DNA of 25,153 nucleotides from Elainellaceae cyanobacterium (GTDB lineage Bacteria; Cyanobacteriota; Cyanobacteriia; CAZCXK01): NCBI GenBank assembly GCA_051117555.1, contig JBNPEG010000021.1, positions 37,848 to 63,000 of the forward strand, read 5' to 3'. Shown piece by piece: positions 20,199 to 25,153 of this stretch (position 1 is its first letter; each line of letters starts with the position of its first letter). The notes under the pieces were generated by a model. It saw only the letters and a program-made list of their open reading frames with translations, ran no database searches and was not told where the DNA came from. The position numbers and the translations under genes were made by a program.

Positions 20199-20711
20199 AT
20201 GAATGTTTATCTCAAGCCCTGGCATTTTCGTTCGGGCATCTCCAATGACAGCGCTATGACTCTAGTTTCAACCCCCCAAACTTGGATCGACTCTGAGCAG
20301 AACACTATTCATCGAGATACCCGCATGTCTTGGTATGAACAAGGTCAAGTATTGGCTAGTCAAGGGTTATACGCTGAAGCGTTAGAAACGTTTAATCGGG
20401 CAATCCACGATCAGCCTGAAAACCACGAAATTTGGGTCTTTCGGAGCATTATTCTCATTCATCTAGAAAATTATCTAGACGCATTATCGAGCTGCGATCG
20501 CGCCTTGGAGATTCAACCCGACAGCCCTCAAGCCTGGACATTACGAGGCGTTGCTCTACATCGACTCGATCGCTATCAGGAGGCGTATTCAAGCTATGAG
20601 AGGGCGCTCGGCATTCGCCATCGATCGACTCCAACCCATTTCACCGACCGGCTCAAGGGAGTTTGGAAATCCTTGATCATGAAGCTTTATTTCAACCCCC
20701 AACAGGACTGA
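20199..20711 (+). CDS. Tetratricopeptide repeat protein (~3 TPRs)
   Basis: WYEQG..L...G.YAEAL..FNRAI...P; AWTLRGVALHRL..YQEA..SYERAL; AGGAG RBS before ATG 20199. Confidence 0.9.
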   Translation: MNVYLKPWHFRSGISNDSAMTLVSTPQTWIDSEQNTIHRDTRMSWYEQGQVLASQGLYAEALETFNRAIHDQPENHEIWVFRSIILIHLENYLDALSSCDRALEIQPDSPQAWTLRGVALHRLDRYQEAYSSYERALGIRHRSTPTHFTDRLKGVWKSLIMKLYFNPQQD

Positions 20712-20765
20712 CATCGATTCAGCAAGATTAGAATATAACTAGTCAGTATGCCAGTTAGCGGGTCG

Positions 20766-22457
20766 GTGCCTATCGAAACGATTTACGGTCAACTTCAAGG
20801 GCTTAAATCTAGTCAGCTCAAGCAGTTGCAGCGGCTCTATCATCAGCGATTACCGGGCGATCGCCTCACTACGCCTGAGTTCGCTCAGCGTCTTGCTGCC
20901 ATCAGTCAAGATATCAGTCAGCCCATTTGCGCGTATCTCAATCGCCGAGGCCAGGTTATCCGCGTCGGCGTTGGCACTCCCCAGCAGACCCAAATTCCGC
21001 CTTTAGAGCTGCCTCGCTATGGTGCAGAGCGCCTCAGCGGCATCCGATGTATTGCAACTCAGCTATCACCTGGAACGCCCAGCGAGTCGACCCTCACGAC
21101 AATGGCTATTCAGAGACTCGATGCGCTGGTCGTACTGACGCTATCGGGGGGCGGCTTTCAGCGACGAGGGGGCGGAGCCACTGGCTATGTCAAAGAAGCC
21201 TATCTGGCTCATTTGGTGCCTCATCCGGAGATGACCTGGACCACATCTCCGCCGCTCAGCCTCGATGTAGTGACCAAACAAGATTTTCTTGATCTCACCG
21301 AAGGACTGGAAGAAGAATTTCGGCGAGATTATATTGCTCAGCAGGTTAGCCCCGATCAAGATCGGGTGCTTCTAGCCGGGGTGATGACTCGTGACGCATC
21401 GCCGGAGCAGTTTCACGATGATTTAGAAGAACTGGCTCGTCTGGTTGAAGCTGCTGGGGGAGAAGTCCTTCAAGTTATTCAGCAGAAGCGATCGCGTCCT
21501 CATCCACAAACCGTCGTGGGAGAGGGAAAAGTGCAGGCGATCGCTCTTGCCGTCCAGACCGTAGGAGCCAACCTGGTTGTGTTTGATCGCGACTTGTCTC
21601 CTGCACAGGTGCGAAATTTAGAGATGCGTATTGGCGTGCGCGTAGTGGATCGCACAGAAGTCATTCTCGATATTTTTGCTCAACGGGCTCAATCTAGAGC
21701 CGGAAAATTGCAGGTCGAGCTGGCTCAACTCGAATATATGATGCCCCGACTCACAGGGCGAGGACGCACTATGTCTCGACTCGGTGGCGGAATCGGGACG
21801 CGGGGGCCGGGGGAAACTAAACTTGAAACCGAACGACGTGCGATTCAAAGGCGAATTTCTAGGCTTCAGCAACAGGTGAATCAACTTCAGGCCCATCGCT
21901 CACGGCTACGCAAACAACGGCAGCATCACGATGTTCCGTCGATCGCCGTCGTGGGATATACCAATGCGGGCAAGTCGACACTCCTGAATGCCCTAACGAA
22001 TGCCGACGTGTATACAGCAGATCAACTGTTTGCGACCCTCGACCCCACCACTCGACGACTGACAATCACCGACTCGCATACTGAGGCCCCTTTATCCGTT
22101 GTCTTAACAGACACCGTGGGATTCATCCACGAGCTCCCGCCTTCACTTGTAGATGCGTTCCGAGCCACATTGGAAGAAGTAACCGAAGCAGATGCACTCT
22201 TGCATGTCGTTGATTTATCACATCCAGCATGGCAAAGCCAGATTCGCTCGGTCATGGAGATTTTGCAAGAGATGCCCATGACGCCGGGGCCAGCGTTGCT
22301 TGTCTTCAACAAGGTGGATCAAGTTGACTACGAAACCTTGCTAGTCGCAAAAGATGAATTTCCTCAAGCCATTTTCATCTCCGCGCGCGATCGCCTGGGG
22401 TTAGACATCCTCCGTCAGCACATTGTTCAGCTTGCCCATTACGCAACCGCCTGTTAG
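20766..22457 (+). CDS. hflX: GTPase HflX, long cyanobacterial form
   Basis: DRTEVILDIFAQRA, GGGIGTRGPGETKLE, GYTNAGKST, DQLFATLDPT, DTVGFI, NKVD, ISA; start GTG 20766 or ATG 20748. Confidence 0.96.
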   Translation: MPIETIYGQLQGLKSSQLKQLQRLYHQRLPGDRLTTPEFAQRLAAISQDISQPICAYLNRRGQVIRVGVGTPQQTQIPPLELPRYGAERLSGIRCIATQLSPGTPSESTLTTMAIQRLDALVVLTLSGGGFQRRGGGATGYVKEAYLAHLVPHPEMTWTTSPPLSLDVVTKQDFLDLTEGLEEEFRRDYIAQQVSPDQDRVLLAGVMTRDASPEQFHDDLEELARLVEAAGGEVLQVIQQKRSRPHPQTVVGEGKVQAIALAVQTVGANLVVFDRDLSPAQVRNLEMRIGVRVVDRTEVILDIFAQRAQSRAGKLQVELAQLEYMMPRLTGRGRTMSRLGGGIGTRGPGETKLETERRAIQRRISRLQQQVNQLQAHRSRLRKQRQHHDVPSIAVVGYTNAGKSTLLNALTNADVYTADQLFATLDPTTRRLTITDSHTEAPLSVVLTDTVGFIHELPPSLVDAFRATLEEVTEADALLHVVDLSHPAWQSQIRSVMEILQEMPMTPGPALLVFNKVDQVDYETLLVAKDEFPQAIFISARDRLGLDILRQHIVQLAHYATAC

Positions 22458-22477
22458 CGGAAGCTCTAGCCTCCGCT
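22456..22477. terminator. Hairpin between convergent hflX and mscS
   Basis: agcggaagc-tcta-gcctccgct filling the gap between the two stops; no long U tract. Confidence 0.35.
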
Positions 22478-23391
22478 CACGACTCTTTCATCTCTGTCGA
22501 TGTTGAACCCGCTCCATTAGTAGCTGGGTGGCGATCGTCATACTTATCTTGGTCAAAGAAATACACGGTGCGAATTGGGTAGGGAATATTGAGCCCCGCT
22601 TCATCACAGGACTGTTTGAGGGCTAGCATGACTCGCGTTTTTGTTTGCCGAACATACACAATTTGAGGCAATGTCCAATAGCGCACCACAAAATCGATAG
22701 AGCTATCGCCAAACCCTACCACATCAACTTCCGGCAATGGACTCGCAAGAATGCCATCAACATCGACGAGTGCCATCTGAAGCACTTGCCTAGCGCGAGG
22801 CAGGGGTGTGTTGTAGTCGAGTCCGATCGCCAAGTCCGTTCGCCGTGATTCATACTCAGTTAAGACTCGAATCGGACTCGTGAACACGATTGAGTTAGGG
22901 ATAACCACCTGTTCACCTTGATAGGTACGAATCGCCGTCGAGCGAATATTAATAGCTTCAACCGTCCCCTCGTAGTCTTCGACGATGATTTGATCGTTGA
23001 GCTTAAACGGTTCATTGAGCAGCAATAATATTCCAGCCAAGAAATTTTTGAAAATATCTTGAAATGCAAAACCAACCGCAACCGACCCAAGTCCTAGCAA
23101 TCCAATTAAATCTCCCAACCCCAAATCAGGAAATGCAATTAGGCAGGCAATGAGAATGCCAATCACCCAGGTCGAAACGGTCACGACTTGAACGATGAGC
23201 GTCTGCAAGGACGGGCTCTGAATGAGCTGTTCTGCTGTAGCGCCCACAATCTGGCGGATGGGCTTGATGCTGAATCGAGTAATGACAAGAACGATGATTG
23301 CGACAATCAAGGCCGGAAAAATCTGAACTGCCTGCCCGACCAACTCTAGGAGGCTGTCATTAACAGTCTGGATTAATTCGTTCACGCTCAC
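22477..23391 (-). CDS. mscS: Small-conductance mechanosensitive channel family protein
   Basis: GLGSVAVGFAFQDIFKNFLAG, PF...D.I...YEGTV..I.IRST, VIPNS, DSSIDF, IPYP. Confidence 0.92.
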   Translation of the reverse strand: MSVNELIQTVNDSLLELVGQAVQIFPALIVAIIVLVITRFSIKPIRQIVGATAEQLIQSPSLQTLIVQVVTVSTWVIGILIACLIAFPDLGLGDLIGLLGLGSVAVGFAFQDIFKNFLAGILLLLNEPFKLNDQIIVEDYEGTVEAINIRSTAIRTYQGEQVVIPNSIVFTSPIRVLTEYESRRTDLAIGLDYNTPLPRARQVLQMALVDVDGILASPLPEVDVVGFGDSSIDFVVRYWTLPQIVYVRQTKTRVMLALKQSCDEAGLNIPYPIRTVYFFDQDKYDDRHPATNGAGSTSTEMKES

Positions 23392-23699
23392 GATTTGGAA
23401 CTATACAACCATTAGTTAGTATCTATGCAAAATATCGAATTGTGCAAAATTTCGCGAGCGATCGCTAGATCAAGTAAGCAAGCCATATCCAGATCACGAT
23501 TCAGAGTGCTGCGTCAAGGAAAGCACACCTATAGAGAGAGTCACTTTCGCTACACTGCCCCGGTGGGTCAAAAATGGGGCGAATCCTTTGACGGGATATT
23601 CGAGAATTGCAATCACACACTACCCTGTTAAAGGATGCTGTTAATAACTCGGAATCTGTCTCAAATCCATCTAATCAACACCGCAGTAGGAGATCAATA

Positions 23700-24491
23700 A
23701 TGATCGAGCTTTATCAGTTTGAATTATCCCATTACACCGAAAAAATCAGGCTTATTCTTGACTACAAAGGTCTAGCCTATCGGAAAGTAGAAGTCACCCC
23801 CGGCGTTGGGCAGCTAGAGCTCTTTCAAATGTCGGGTCAGCGCCAAGTCCCTGTGATTAAAGATGGAGGGGAGGTGATTGCAGATTCGACGGCGATCGCC
23901 TTTTATCTCGACAAAAAATATCCCGATCGCCCCATCCTCCCAACCGACCTAAAGCAGCGCGGACTGTGCCTGCTCATGGAAGAATGGGCCGATGAATCAA
24001 TCGGGTTAAATGCTCGAAAAGCCCTAATCGGTGCGTTTGGGCAACACCCCGACTTTCGCACTGCTGTTTTACCCCCATCAACTCCCGATTTCCTCAAAAC
24101 GATTGTGGGTGCAGTTCCTCATGAGGCATTCGATCTGGTCAATTTTGGCATTGGATTTGGACCGGATGTGGTGAAAGCCGCCCGTAAATCTCTCGAACAA
24201 AATCTAGAAGCACTGACCTTGCTGTTAGATAACAGCCCCTATCTAGTTACGGATTCTCCAACGCTGGCAGATTTTGCAGTGGCAGGGCTGACGATGTACA
24301 TCAAATTTCCATCTGGAAGTTACCTTGATCTGCCAGAGTCTTTGAAAGGAAAAGGCATTCCAGGGCTAGCCAATAATCCAGCCTATGCGCGCTTCTTTGA
24401 ATGGCGCGATCGCCTCTACAGCGATTTTCGAGTATCGACTGGGGCATCGAGCCCATCCTCATCAAGCCCGCAGTCTATCGAAATTGAATAA
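23700..24491 (+). CDS. Glutathione S-transferase family protein
   Basis: ELSHYTEKIRLILDYKGL, GQRQVPV, IADSTAIAFYLD, PTLADFAVA; AGGAG RBS before ATG 23700. Confidence 0.93.
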   Translation: MIELYQFELSHYTEKIRLILDYKGLAYRKVEVTPGVGQLELFQMSGQRQVPVIKDGGEVIADSTAIAFYLDKKYPDRPILPTDLKQRGLCLLMEEWADESIGLNARKALIGAFGQHPDFRTAVLPPSTPDFLKTIVGAVPHEAFDLVNFGIGFGPDVVKAARKSLEQNLEALTLLLDNSPYLVTDSPTLADFAVAGLTMYIKFPSGSYLDLPESLKGKGIPGLANNPAYARFFEWRDRLYSDFRVSTGASSPSSSSPQSIEIE

Positions 24492-24507
24492 GACCCTAAT
24501 CGGGTCT
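24491..24507. terminator. Hairpin between convergent GST and maf
   Basis: agaccc-taatc-gggtct; short stem, no long U tract. Confidence 0.3.
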
Positions 24508-24522
24508 ACGACGATTGCATCC

Positions 24523-25134
24523 CTACCAAAAATCAGCGATATCGTACCCGAGTTCCTCTAGCATCTGTCTTAAAAGAGGGAGGCTCAGCCCAATGACATT
24601 GCTGTGGCATCCCTCTATTTTTTCGACAAACGCACCGCCCCGTCCTTCTAAGGCAAAGCATCCTGCACAATGGAGCGGTTCGCCCGTTGCTACATACGCT
24701 TCAATTTGGCGATCGCTAACGTCTGCGAAGAAGACCTGAGTCACTTGGCACCGCACGAGTGCTCGCGGTTTTGAGAGATCAACAAGTGCATGCCCTGTGT
24801 AAAGCTGCCCAACCCGTCCTCGCATCGATTGCCAACGAGCGATCGCGTCATGATCATCAGCGGGTTTTCCATACACCTCGCCTTCTAGAGCAAGCACAGA
24901 GTCACATCCCATAACGAGCGTCGCGATTGGGTGGCTGGCAGATTCTGTAAGCTGAGCCACGATTACCTCAGCCTTGCTTTGAGCCAGCGATCGCACCAAT
25001 TCGGCTGGCGTGTCAGCCTGGATGCTTGACTCATCAAACTGGCTAGGCATCACAACCGGTTCAATCCCCACACTGTGCAGCAGCCGTCGCCGAGCTGAAG
25101 AAGCCGATGCGAGTACAAATGTTGGAGTTCCCAT
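24523..25134 (-). CDS. maf: Maf family nucleoside triphosphate pyrophosphatase
   Basis: FVLASAS.ARR.LL, FDE, LAQSKA, GCDSV, GKP, EPL.CAG.F..EG, NVIGL. Confidence 0.95.
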   Translation of the reverse strand: MGTPTFVLASASSARRRLLHSVGIEPVVMPSQFDESSIQADTPAELVRSLAQSKAEVIVAQLTESASHPIATLVMGCDSVLALEGEVYGKPADDHDAIARWQSMRGRVGQLYTGHALVDLSKPRALVRCQVTQVFFADVSDRQIEAYVATGEPLHCAGCFALEGRGGAFVEKIEGCHSNVIGLSLPLLRQMLEELGYDIADFW

Positions 25135-25153
25135 AACAATGCCCGCGATCAGT

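Noticed and set aside
23425..23631. 68-aa ORF between mscS and GST
   Set aside because: Lies in the divergent promoter region, with no RBS or motif support

Overview
Chromosomal DNA from a cyanobacterium, judged by dozens of HIP1 GCGATCGC octamers and cyanobacterial-type hflX, FBT transporter, carotenoid oxygenase and GST. About 18 CDS: aldo/keto reductase, SWIM zinc-finger protein, small RHH-like protein, two Hanks Ser/Thr kinases, alpha/beta hydrolase, UbiA-like membrane protein with an apparently lost Asp motif, a 62-aa ORF, yidD, carotenoid cleavage oxygenase, folate-biopterin transporter, a secreted poly-Asp protein, a 1716-aa caspase-STAND-TM-WD40 protein, TPR protein, hflX, mscS, GST and maf. 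The most unusual part is the central minus-strand run (9.8-19.1 kb). It holds an NLR/apoptosome-like caspase with an intact His-Cys dyad; a predicted secreted protein with a DxDxNG Ca-binding-type loop and a Cys-bracketed, WEY-punctuated tract of 57 Asp in 65 codons; and a membrane kinase. A candidate structured RNA or MITE lies upstream of the poly-Asp gene. A ~120-bp TA-flanked MITE-like element (1695-1816) has a partial inverted copy at 5645-5716. No rRNA, tRNA, CRISPR array or transposase was seen. All assignments are by eye from motifs; no searches were run.
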